Below are positions 11,262-20,080 of a stretch of DNA of 61,420 nucleotides, piece by piece. Source of the stretch: Clostridia bacterium. GTDB taxonomy: Bacteria; Bacillota; Clostridia; Oscillospirales; CAG-272. The notes beneath the pieces were generated by a model. That model ran no database searches. It saw nothing but the letters and a program-made list of their open reading frames with translations, and was not told the DNA's origin. A program made the position numbers and the translations under genes. How positions within the stretch are numbered: the first letter of the stretch is position 1; each line of letters starts with the position of its first letter. The stretch is taken from contig JAGATW010000070.1 of the NCBI GenBank assembly GCA_017621085.1, positions 1-61,420 on the forward strand, read 5' to 3'.

Positions 11262-11423
11262 AGCAATTCCCCCTTTAAGAATTATTTCAATGACATTATA
11301 TATTAAATTTTTTTGTGTGTCAATGATTGTAAAATAAAATTACATAGTTTATATTAAATTTCTTGTCAATGCTAAATTTATGTGGTAAAATAAAGAAAAT
11401 AAGCTAGTAAGGGGGATTTCTAA

Positions 11424-14234
11424 GTGAAGCAAGTAGAAAAGCAATATAGGTGCGTACCATTTTGGTCTTGGAATGATAAATTAAACAAGGACGAGCTTGT
11501 AAAGCAGGTTGAGTGGATGAACGAAAACGGCGTGGGTGGATTTTTCATGCACGCACGTGGTGGACTTAAAACCGAATACCTTGGAAAAGAATGGTTTGAG
11601 TGTATTGAGGCTTGCGCTAAGCGTGCCAAGGAGCTGGGCATGGAAGCCTATGCCTATGACGAAAACGGTTGGCCAAGTGGCTTTGTTGGCGGTAAGCTTC
11701 TTGAGGACATTGAAAATCACGACAGATACTTAACATATTCATATGGTAAGTATGATAAAAATGCACTTGCTTCCTATGATATTAGCACAAGTGCCTTAAA
11801 AAAGGCAAGAAAGGGAGATACAAATTGCCTTAATGTATATGAGCATTATTCAACATCAACGGCGGACATATTAAACCCTGAGGTTGTGGATAAGTTTATT
11901 GAAATGACCCACGAGGAATACAGAAAAAGAGACAAATATGACCTAAAGGGCTTTTTTACCGATGAGCCACAGTATTTCCGTTGGGACACTCCATATACAA
12001 AAATGCTCCCCATCTACTTTAAGGAAAAATACGGAGAGGACATTTTAAAGGGCTTAGGACTTTTATTTGTGGAAAAGCGTGGTTATCGTGATTTTAGGTA
12101 TAAGTATTGGAAAGCATTACAGGAATTAATGCTTGAAAGCTTTGCGAAAAAAATTTACGATTGGTGCGAAAAATATGGCTACAAGCTAACAGGACACTAT
12201 ATTGAGGAAAACTGCCTTGCAGGGCAAATGAATTGCTGTGGTGGAATTATGCCATTTTATGAGTATGAGCATATTCCGGGCATTGACTACCTTGGCAGAG
12301 GCTTAGATGATGAGCTTGCTCCTAAGCAGGTATCAAGTGTAGCCTGTCAGCTTGGCAAAAAGCAGGTGCTAACCGAAACCTTTGCTGCCTGTGGCTGGAA
12401 TATTTCCCCCATAGATTTAAAAAAGATAGCCGAGCTGCAATATGTGGCAGGAGTTAATTTAATGTGTCAGCATCTTTTGCCATATAAAGAGGCAGGACAA
12501 AGAAAAAGAGATTACCCGGCCCATTTTTCAAGCATAAACCCTTGGGTAAAAGAGGGCTTTACTACATTTAACGACTATTTTTCATATCTTGGCAAACTTA
12601 TTGCAAATAGCGAGGAAATTGTAAATGTAGGCGTATTACAGCCAATAAGAAGTGCATATTTTGATTATAAGCCTACATCAAGAGAGCCATATAACGGAAT
12701 AGAGCCACTTGAAATGGATTTAAAGCGCACTATTCGCACCCTAACCTATTATGGCATAGGACATCATTTTATTGATGAAACTATTTTGGCAAGGCACGGA
12801 TATGTTGAGGGTAAGCAATTAATTGTTGGCAAGTGTAAATACGACTATATTGTTTTGCCATCAATGTACACAATGGATAAAGCCACCTGTGAAATTTTAA
12901 ATGAGTACATATCAAACGGTGGCAAGGTGCTGCTTGACGGCAAAAAGCCACAGTACTTAGAGGGTAAAAGACATACTCACAGCTACTTAAAAACAAACAC
13001 AGGGTGGGGTGAAATTATAAAAGCTCAGCCACACAGGATAAAAAATAACAAGGATGTTCGTATGTCATACAGACGTGACGAAAATGGCAGAGAATTTATA
13101 TATGCTGTAAATCTAGGTAAGGAAATAACAGTTGATTTTACCTTGAAAAATGGTAAATCCTTTGAGAAATACGATATTCTAAATGATAAGAGCGAAATTA
13201 TACCAACCTCTGTTCATTTTGATAATGGTCAGTCATATTTACTTTATGTATCAAATGAAAAGCCAAAGGTAAGAGAAGAAAAGAAAAAGCTAATACTTGA
13301 CTCAAGCTTTAGCTTAGCTGACAAGGTTAATAACTATATGACCCTTGACACTCTTTCCTATTCCACAAATGGCAAGGACTACTCAGAAAAAAGATACCAT
13401 ATGTGCGCCCTTGACGAGCTTTTAAAAATGAGATATAAGGGCAGGCTTTACCTAAAATACACAGTAAATATAAACACTCCCCCTGCAAAATGCTTGCTTT
13501 TAGCCGAGGAAATGGGTATAATAAGCATAAGCGTAAATGGTAAGAGTGTAAACAAAGAGGGCATCTCTCCCTTAGAGCTTGCAAGTGAGTGCTACAACGT
13601 AGCAAATGCCTTAAATCAGGGCGAAAACGAAATAATTATAGAAACCGACTACTATCAGGGTGAAAATGTTTATTATGCTTTGTTTGGTGAAAATGTAACA
13701 GAAAGCATTAAAAACTGCTTAGCCTATGATACTGACATTGAGCCTATATATCTATATGGCGATTTTGGTGTTTACGGTGAATTTGAAAATGGCAAAAATG
13801 ACTTTATACTCTTAGGGGATAATTTCTATATTGATAAGCAAAAAAGTGAAATTACATCTCTTGAAAGTGACGGCTATCCATTCCTTTCAGGACAGGTGCG
13901 CCTAAAGAAAAAAATTAATTTAAGCGACACAGGGTACGTTCTTTACATTGAAAAAAGCTTCCATATGGCAGAAATTTATGTAAACGGACAAGGGGCTGGA
14001 AATATGATGCTTGAAAGAAGCCTTGATATTTCTAACCTTTTAAGCGTAGGAGAAAACGAAATAGAGATTATACTAACTCTTGGAAACCGAAACCTGTTAG
14101 GTCCATTCCACACAAATGAAGAAGAGCCATACTTTGTAGGGCCCGATACCTTTGAGCGCTTTGGAAGCTGGGAAAATGGCAAGAGCAGATATTATAATCC
14201 AAAATATGCCCTTGTTAAAGCGTTGCCATTCTAA
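11424..14234 (+). CDS. Large cytoplasmic glycoside hydrolase, GH106 (alpha-L-rhamnosidase)-like
   Basis: PFWSWN, GGFFMHARGG, YDENGWPSG, GFFTDEP, RKRDYP motifs; GTG start after AAGGGGG; no signal peptide. Confidence 0.7.
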   Translation: MKQVEKQYRCVPFWSWNDKLNKDELVKQVEWMNENGVGGFFMHARGGLKTEYLGKEWFECIEACAKRAKELGMEAYAYDENGWPSGFVGGKLLEDIENHDRYLTYSYGKYDKNALASYDISTSALKKARKGDTNCLNVYEHYSTSTADILNPEVVDKFIEMTHEEYRKRDKYDLKGFFTDEPQYFRWDTPYTKMLPIYFKEKYGEDILKGLGLLFVEKRGYRDFRYKYWKALQELMLESFAKKIYDWCEKYGYKLTGHYIEENCLAGQMNCCGGIMPFYEYEHIPGIDYLGRGLDDELAPKQVSSVACQLGKKQVLTETFAACGWNISPIDLKKIAELQYVAGVNLMCQHLLPYKEAGQRKRDYPAHFSSINPWVKEGFTTFNDYFSYLGKLIANSEEIVNVGVLQPIRSAYFDYKPTSREPYNGIEPLEMDLKRTIRTLTYYGIGHHFIDETILARHGYVEGKQLIVGKCKYDYIVLPSMYTMDKATCEILNEYISNGGKVLLDGKKPQYLEGKRHTHSYLKTNTGWGEIIKAQPHRIKNNKDVRMSYRRDENGREFIYAVNLGKEITVDFTLKNGKSFEKYDILNDKSEIIPTSVHFDNGQSYLLYVSNEKPKVREEKKKLILDSSFSLADKVNNYMTLDTLSYSTNGKDYSEKRYHMCALDELLKMRYKGRLYLKYTVNINTPPAKCLLLAEEMGIISISVNGKSVNKEGISPLELASECYNVANALNQGENEIIIETDYYQGENVYYALFGENVTESIKNCLAYDTDIEPIYLYGDFGVYGEFENGKNDFILLGDNFYIDKQKSEITSLESDGYPFLSGQVRLKKKINLSDTGYVLYIEKSFHMAEIYVNGQGAGNMMLERSLDISNLLSVGENEIEIILTLGNRNLLGPFHTNEEEPYFVGPDTFERFGSWENGKSRYYNPKYALVKALPF

Positions 14235-14252
14235 AAACTAAAGGAGATAAAA

Positions 14253-15377
14253 ATGGTAAAGGTAAGTGTTGTTGTTCCTGTATATAACACAGAAAAATAT
14301 TTAAAAAAGTGCCTTGACAGCCTGCTTATGCAAACCCTAAAGGAAATAGAGGTAATTTGCGTAAATGATGGCTCACAGGACTCCTCTCTTAGCATTATTA
14401 TGGAGTATGTGGAGCGTGACAAACGCTTTAAGGTGATAGATAAGGCTAATAGTGGCTATGGAGCGACAATGAACCAAGGCTTTGATATATCAAGTGGTGA
14501 ATATGTGGGAATTTTGGAAAGCGATGACTTTTTTGAGCCCACTATGCTTGAAGAACTGTATTTTAACGCTAAAAATGACGACCTTGATGTATGTAAGGCA
14601 GGCTTTAATTATTACTACTCTCAAGGCAAAAGCACAAGTGCAGTTATGCCACAGAGCCTTATAGATAAAGGAATATTTTGCCCAACTACTGATTTTAAAT
14701 CAGCTAAGGAGCAGTTAGCACTATTTAAAATTAAGCCAACAATTTGGTCTGCAATTTATAAAAGAGAATTTATAAAGGCAAATAACATTCGCTTTACGGA
14801 AACAAGCGGTGCATCCTTTCAGGACACAGCCTTTAATTTTAAGGTGTGGGCAAGTGCTAAGCGTGTAAGACTTATAAAGCCTTGTCTTATTAATTACAGA
14901 CAGGACAATGAGGAATCATCAGTACATTCAAGTAGTAAAGCATTCTTTATTTGTAAGGAATATGCAGAAATAGAGAGATTTTTAAGTAATCACCCAAACA
15001 AAAGCACCTTGGAGTCAATTAAAAACGCACTAAAATACGAGGCTTATTTGTGGAATTACGAAAGACTTGATAGTGAGGCTTCAAAGGAATTTATTTTAGT
15101 TGCTTCAAATGAGCTAAAATCAGATATGGACCGAGGAAATTGCCAAAAAAAGCTATATTCTTGGGACAAATGGAATCAGCTTTGCCAAATTATAAATAAT
15201 CCGAAAAAGTTTCATAATTTACGTCAAGAGGAAAAGAAATTTGAAGCAAGTCTTGGCGAAAGTGAAAGACAAGGTGGCAAATTAAAAACAATTAAAGCTT
15301 CAATTAAGAAAAATGGTGTAGGACGCACAATAAAAGCGCTTACAATGAAATTAAAAAGGAAGCTGCAAAGAAAATAA
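14253..15377 (+). CDS. Glycosyltransferase family 2
   Basis: VSVVVPVYN, VNDGSQD, LESDD, FQD motifs. Confidence 0.88.
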   Translation: MVKVSVVVPVYNTEKYLKKCLDSLLMQTLKEIEVICVNDGSQDSSLSIIMEYVERDKRFKVIDKANSGYGATMNQGFDISSGEYVGILESDDFFEPTMLEELYFNAKNDDLDVCKAGFNYYYSQGKSTSAVMPQSLIDKGIFCPTTDFKSAKEQLALFKIKPTIWSAIYKREFIKANNIRFTETSGASFQDTAFNFKVWASAKRVRLIKPCLINYRQDNEESSVHSSSKAFFICKEYAEIERFLSNHPNKSTLESIKNALKYEAYLWNYERLDSEASKEFILVASNELKSDMDRGNCQKKLYSWDKWNQLCQIINNPKKFHNLRQEEKKFEASLGESERQGGKLKTIKASIKKNGVGRTIKALTMKLKRKLQRK

Positions 15378-15392
15378 AAGGGAGGGTAAGGG

Positions 15393-16496
15393 ATGAAAAG
15401 GTATGATTATCTAATAGTCGGCGCAGGACTTTTCGGCTCCGTTTTTGCCTATGAGGCAAGGAAAAGGGGTAAGCGCTGCTTAGTGATAGATAAAAGAAGC
15501 CATATAGGTGGAAATGCTTATTGCGAAAAAATTGAAGATATAAATGTACACAAATATGGCGCGCATATTTTTCATACCTCAAATAAAGAAATTTGGGACT
15601 ATGTAAATTCCCTTGCCAAATTTAATGATTTTATTAATTCCCCCTTGGCAGTTTATAAATCGGAAGCCTATAATCTTCCCTTTAATATGTACACCTTTAG
15701 TAAAATGTGGGGAATAACAACTCCCGCACAGGCAAAGGAAATAATAGAAAAGCAAGTAAAGGAGGCAGGAATTAAAAGCCCAAATAATCTTGAAGAAAAG
15801 GCGCTTTCCTTAGTTGGCAGAGATATTTATGAAAAGCTAATTAAGGGCTATACAAAAAAGCAATGGCAAAGGGAATGTAACACCTTACCCCCTTCAATTA
15901 TAGAAAGAATACCTATTAGATTTACCTATGATAATAACTATTTTAACGATACCTATCAAGGCATACCAATAGGTGGCTACAATGTAATAATTGAAAAGCT
16001 TTTAAGTGGCACAGAGGTAAGACTGAATACTGACTATTTTGACCTCGAGGAAAGAGAGGAAATAGCAGAAAAAACAATATACACAGGACCGATTGATAGG
16101 TTTTTTGACTATCAATTAGGCACACTTGAATACCGTAGCATAAGGCTTGAAACTAAGGTTATTGATTGCTGTGACTATCAAGGAAACGCAGTTATAAATT
16201 ATTGTGATGAGGAAATTCCATACACAAGAGTAATAGAGCATAAGCATTTTGAATTTGGCAAGCAGCCAAAAACAGTTGTTTCCTGGGAGTATTCAAGAGA
16301 ATGGACCAAAAACGACGAGCCCTTTTACCCAATAAATGACGAAAAAAATAACGCCCTATACCAAAAATATAAGGAGCTTGCAAGCACAAAGCCCAATATA
16401 ATTTTCGGTGGCAGACTGGGAGAGTATAAATACTACGATATGGACAAGGTAATAGAAAAAGCCCTTGACCTTGCCAAAAAAGAGATTTATAATTAA
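15393..16496 (+). CDS. glf: UDP-galactopyranose mutase
   Basis: IVGAGLFG, HKYGAHIFHT, FGGRLGEYKYYDMD. Confidence 0.95.
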   Translation: MKRYDYLIVGAGLFGSVFAYEARKRGKRCLVIDKRSHIGGNAYCEKIEDINVHKYGAHIFHTSNKEIWDYVNSLAKFNDFINSPLAVYKSEAYNLPFNMYTFSKMWGITTPAQAKEIIEKQVKEAGIKSPNNLEEKALSLVGRDIYEKLIKGYTKKQWQRECNTLPPSIIERIPIRFTYDNNYFNDTYQGIPIGGYNVIIEKLLSGTEVRLNTDYFDLEEREEIAEKTIYTGPIDRFFDYQLGTLEYRSIRLETKVIDCCDYQGNAVINYCDEEIPYTRVIEHKHFEFGKQPKTVVSWEYSREWTKNDEPFYPINDEKNNALYQKYKELASTKPNIIFGGRLGEYKYYDMDKVIEKALDLAKKEIYN

Positions 16497-16504
16497 AACA
16501 ATTA

Positions 16505-16538
16505 AAAATCCCCTGATAGATTGCTATCAGGGGATTTT
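16505..16538. terminator. Bidirectional terminator
   Basis: AAAATCCCCTGATAG-ATTG-CTATCAGGGGATTTT. Confidence 0.8.
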
Positions 16539-16579
16539 GACGTTAATATAGGAGCTTTTGTTTATCTTATATTATTCAA

Positions 16580-17920
16580 TTATTTCTTTGTTCTTTTTGC
16601 TATACAAGCTACAAGCGTGGAAAAATAGCAAAGCACGATTATTTCCACAATAAAATGGTAGATGTTGACTTGTAAGGTATCTATTTGTGTGCGTAAAAAC
16701 AACTCCACACCAACAAAAATGGCAAAAGCACCTATCACAAGGCGATGTGCCTTGTTAATGAGCTTATCCTTTACAAGTGCAAAAATAATAAGCACAAAGC
16801 CTACCATATTAGCAAGAGCTAAAGCATCTCCAATGAACACATTTGCAAAAGAGAAAAGCTGATTTATTATATATGCATCTTGACTGATTATTTCAGGCAT
16901 AAATACAAATATCAAGCTACTAAGAATTTGACCAATAAATATGGATAAAGCCTCGCTTAAAAGTATAGTGGTACAACCGGCATTAAGAAGCTTATTTTTG
17001 TGCAATCTTTGATATTCATAACCAAAATAGGTAAGAAAAATTAAAAGTGTCATTTTTATATAAATATCAAAGTTAGACAATATTGAAACAAGCTGTGTAG
17101 CGCTTGTCTGTGATATAGGCAGACTGTCTATAAATATGACGCATGCAGTATATACTGCATAAATAAAAATTGTGATAAGCAAGGAGATAATAGTGGACTT
17201 GGAAATAGAATTTTCACAATCATAGCTACATTTTTCAAGGAATGAGTAGAGTAGATATAGCAAAGAAAGCTCTATGAAGGAAACGAAAAAATATACTAAT
17301 ATTTCTAAAATGATTTTTAATATAATTGTCGAGCTAAGGCTTTTTACTATTAATAGCCCCAAAAAAGAAATTATAGCTATGCCAAGAAAAGCTAAAGCAT
17401 AAAGAGAAAGCTTTCCTATATTCTTAAAAACATTTTTATAATAGTGTTCGCTATCCATAATAGAATAGTTAAAATAAATATCGTTTCTTCTAAAGCTGAA
17501 AACAACATATACCCCTACAATAAAGAGCAGAACAAATATAATCCCACCAAAGCCCTGGTCAGCAAAATTATATGACTTGCCAATATATAAAGCAATAGGC
17601 ATAACAAAGGCAAATACACCTAAGATTAATTTTATCAAAATTGATGAAGCCTTGTTATAAAAAGCATTTTTTATTAAGTCAGCTCGCTCGTCCTTTACGC
17701 TAAGCTTACTTATTATAAAGCCAATAGCTAAAACTATTAATGTGCTTACGCAAATGGCAATTTCCAAGCTAACAAACCAAAAATGCTTGTTGCCATGAGA
17801 GTTTCTAATTATATTTGCAAGGTGAATAATACCAAGCATCAAGGAAATAACAAAGGACATAAAAATAGCATTACGTGATATTTTCCCCTTTACATTTTCA
17901 ATTCTTTCGTCGTAAAACAT
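16580..17920 (-). CDS. Polytopic membrane protein of unknown function
   Basis: About a dozen hydrophobic segments; DER motif repeated; start placed at MFYDER after GGAGG, 1 nt downstream of the XRE stop. Confidence 0.7.
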   Translation of the reverse strand: MFYDERIENVKGKISRNAIFMSFVISLMLGIIHLANIIRNSHGNKHFWFVSLEIAICVSTLIVLAIGFIISKLSVKDERADLIKNAFYNKASSILIKLILGVFAFVMPIALYIGKSYNFADQGFGGIIFVLLFIVGVYVVFSFRRNDIYFNYSIMDSEHYYKNVFKNIGKLSLYALAFLGIAIISFLGLLIVKSLSSTIILKIILEILVYFFVSFIELSLLYLLYSFLEKCSYDCENSISKSTIISLLITIFIYAVYTACVIFIDSLPISQTSATQLVSILSNFDIYIKMTLLIFLTYFGYEYQRLHKNKLLNAGCTTILLSEALSIFIGQILSSLIFVFMPEIISQDAYIINQLFSFANVFIGDALALANMVGFVLIIFALVKDKLINKAHRLVIGAFAIFVGVELFLRTQIDTLQVNIYHFIVEIIVLCYFSTLVACIAKRTKK

Positions 17921-17921
17921 A

Positions 17922-18113
17922 TTATTCCCTCCAAAACAAATCATTAAGCGTAACACCCAATTCCTTACATATGCGAATACATAATTCCACCGTGGGATTA
18001 TAGCCACCGTTTTCAATCATATTAATTGTTTGTCTTGAAACTCCGATTTTTTTTGCAAGCTCCGTTTGTGACAAGTTTTTTAAAGCACGCGCTTGCTTCA
18101 TCTTTTCGTTCAT
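17922..18113 (-). CDS. XRE-family helix-turn-helix regulator
   Basis: LSQTELAKKIGVSRQTINMIENGGYNPT; AGGAGG RBS. Confidence 0.92.
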   Translation of the reverse strand: MNEKMKQARALKNLSQTELAKKIGVSRQTINMIENGGYNPTVELCIRICKELGVTLNDLFWRE

Positions 18114-18123
18114 TTTGACCTCC

Positions 18124-18191
18124 TGTCAAATATATTTGACAAATTGATTATATCACAGACATCATAAATTGTCAAGTATATTTGACAATTT
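18124..18191 (-). promoter_or_regulatory. Consensus sigma-A promoter with two palindromic operators
   Basis: TTGACA(18175-18170)-17-TATAAT(18152-18147) with TGn extension; palindromes TGTCAAATATATTTGACA (18124-18141) and AAATTGTCAAGTATATTTGACAATTT (18166-18191). Confidence 0.8.
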
Positions 18192-18195
18192 CGGT

Positions 18196-18230
18196 AAAAA
18201 AACAGCCTCGCAAACACGAGACTGTTCTTT
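18196..18230 (-). terminator. Terminator downstream of the four-helix-bundle gene
   Basis: AACAGCCTCG-CAAACA-CGAGACTGTT with an A-run on the left (U-tail on the minus strand). Confidence 0.65.
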
Positions 18231-18247
18231 TGATATTAATTTTTAGC

Positions 18248-18601
18248 TTACTGTTTTTCCTTTAAGGTTGTAATAGAGGAAACAAGCATTCGGCGGAGAG
18301 TAATAATTTGGTTATTATAGTAAGCAAGCCTTTCATTTGAAAGACGTCCAACCTCAAAAAGAAGAGAAAGCCAAAACTCGCTCTCGTTACATTCTTTGAG
18401 AGCAATTTCAAGCTTAGATATAAAATCCTTTGTTCCCTGCGCATATTGAGCCTCGTGAATATTTGCTCCTACCGAGGTGCCACAACGAATTAATTGATTT
18501 ATTAAAGCGCCTTCTACACCATTGGCTTTTAATTCTCTAAAAAGAAAAACTATATCTTTTGCAAAAACCTTTGATTTTTCTCTTAAAATGCTATCTGCCA
18601 T
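18248..18601 (-). CDS. Four-helix-bundle protein (23S rRNA IVS-protein / Avd-like family)
   Basis: NQLIRCGTSVGANIHEA, DFISKLEIALKECNESEFWL signature; AAGGGAG RBS. Confidence 0.9.
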   Translation of the reverse strand: MADSILREKSKVFAKDIVFLFRELKANGVEGALINQLIRCGTSVGANIHEAQYAQGTKDFISKLEIALKECNESEFWLSLLFEVGRLSNERLAYYNNQIITLRRMLVSSITTLKEKQ

Positions 18602-18625
18602 ATTTGCTCCCTTCTGGTTTCAAAC

Positions 18626-18787
18626 GTGACGTAGTCACTCATAACTACACGAAGTGTATCATAACAATGCGAAGCATTTCATAACATTTTCACAGATACA
18701 AAGATAAGAGTTGCTATAGCAACGTTATGAGTTAGCAAGCTAACGTTATGAATTAAGCGAAGCATTTAGCTTCGCTTAATGTTATGA
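18626..18787. repeat. Heptamer-plus-hairpin array: 3x TCATAAC, 3x GTTATGA, six variable perfect hairpins
   Basis: TCATAAC at 18639, 18659, 18679; GTTATGA at 18724, 18745, 18781; each heptamer is directly preceded by a different inverted repeat. Confidence 0.9.
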
Positions 18788-18836
18788 TATTAATTTTTTG
18801 TGAAAATTCATAGTTGATTTTTGATTGCATCAAAAA

Positions 18837-19832
18837 TCATTCCCACTCAATAGTAGAAATTGGCTTTGGTGAGAGGTCATATGCAACACGGCATACACCA
18901 TCTACTTCCTTTAGAATTCTGTCGGTTACAGTTTTTAAAAGCTCCCAAGGAAGCTCAGGTACAGTTGCGGTCATTGCGTCAACAGAGTTAACAGCACGAA
19001 TGATTACGCACCAGTCGTAAACTCTGTGGTCGTTTTTAACACCAACGGAGCACATATTTGGAATTACAGTAAAGAACTGCCAAATCTTGTCTGTATAGCC
19101 TGCCTTTTCAACCTCTTCACGAAGAATAGCATCACTTTCTCTTACAGCCTCAAGTCTATCTCTTGTAATAGCGCCTGTGCATCTTACACCAAGACCGGGA
19201 CCCGGGAATGGCTGACGATAAACCATAGACTCCGGCAAGCCAAGAGCGATACCTACAACTCTTACCTCGTCCTTATAAAGAAGCTCAAGTGGCTCAACAA
19301 GCTTAAACTTCAAATCCTTTGGAAGTCCACCAACATTGTGGTGAGCCTTGTGACCCTTTTTGCTTTCAATAATGTCAGGATAAATAGTACCCTGAGCTAA
19401 ATATTTAACACCCTTAAGCTTTCTTGCCTCTTCAGCAAAAACCTCAATAAATTCTTTACCGATAATAGAGCGCTTTTCCTCAGGACCGGCTACATTTTTA
19501 AGCTTACCTAAGAAACGGTCAGTTGCATCAATATAAATAAGATTAGCATTAAGCTCCTTTTGGAAAACCTCAATAACGCTTTCACTCTCATTCTTACGCA
19601 TTAAGCCGTGGTTAACGTGAACGCAGTAAAGCTGCTTGCCAACTGCCTTAATAAGAAGTGCAGCCAAAACAGAGGAGTCAACACCACCGGAAAGAGCCAA
19701 AAGAACCTTTTTGTCCCCTACCTGATTACGAATGTTTTCAACCTGTTCGTCAATAAATTTGTTTGCAAGCTCCATAGTGGTAATACGTGGCATATCGTCC
19801 GGACGTACAACCTCGTTTTTCTTTTGAGCCAT
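18837..19832 (-). CDS. guaA: GMP synthase, ATP-pyrophosphatase and dimerisation domains only (no glutaminase domain)
   Basis: LSGGVDSSV, AQGTIYPDIIES, HHNVGGLP, RQPFPGPGLGVR, KPISTIEWE; 331 aa; AGGAGG RBS. Confidence 0.9.
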   Translation of the reverse strand: MAQKKNEVVRPDDMPRITTMELANKFIDEQVENIRNQVGDKKVLLALSGGVDSSVLAALLIKAVGKQLYCVHVNHGLMRKNESESVIEVFQKELNANLIYIDATDRFLGKLKNVAGPEEKRSIIGKEFIEVFAEEARKLKGVKYLAQGTIYPDIIESKKGHKAHHNVGGLPKDLKFKLVEPLELLYKDEVRVVGIALGLPESMVYRQPFPGPGLGVRCTGAITRDRLEAVRESDAILREEVEKAGYTDKIWQFFTVIPNMCSVGVKNDHRVYDWCVIIRAVNSVDAMTATVPELPWELLKTVTDRILKEVDGVCRVAYDLSPKPISTIEWE

Positions 19833-20048
19833 AACTAATCCTCCTGTGAATTAATTGTAGAATTTTGATAAAAAAAGTATATCACAAAATCTTTTGCAGT
19901 GCAAGTGGGTTGAACATACTTTTTTTGAAAAAATTAAAAAAATTTTTATAGCTTTTTTGTGTAAATCTACAATGTTTTAAAAAACAATAAATTTTTGTTG
20001 ATATTTCAACATTTTTGTGGCATAATAAAAGCAACTGCGGTTATGAAT

Positions 20049-20078
20049 AAAATCCCTCTCAAACAAGAGAGGGATTTT
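20049..20078 (-). terminator. Terminator after the gtrA-like gene
   Basis: AAAATCCCTCTC-AAACAA-GAGAGGGATTTT. Confidence 0.75.
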
Positions 20079-20080
20079 TG

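Noticed and set aside
18248-18601. Diversity-generating retroelement suggested by the Avd-like fold
   Set aside because: No reverse transcriptase and no template/variable repeat pair seen in the window
18626-18787. CRISPR mini-array reading of the heptamer/hairpin array
   Set aside because: Repeats are only 7 nt and switch orientation, the spacers are self-palindromic, and there are no cas genes in the window
19833-20048. Purine riboswitch upstream of guaA
   Set aside because: AT-rich spacer without a recognisable purine aptamer core
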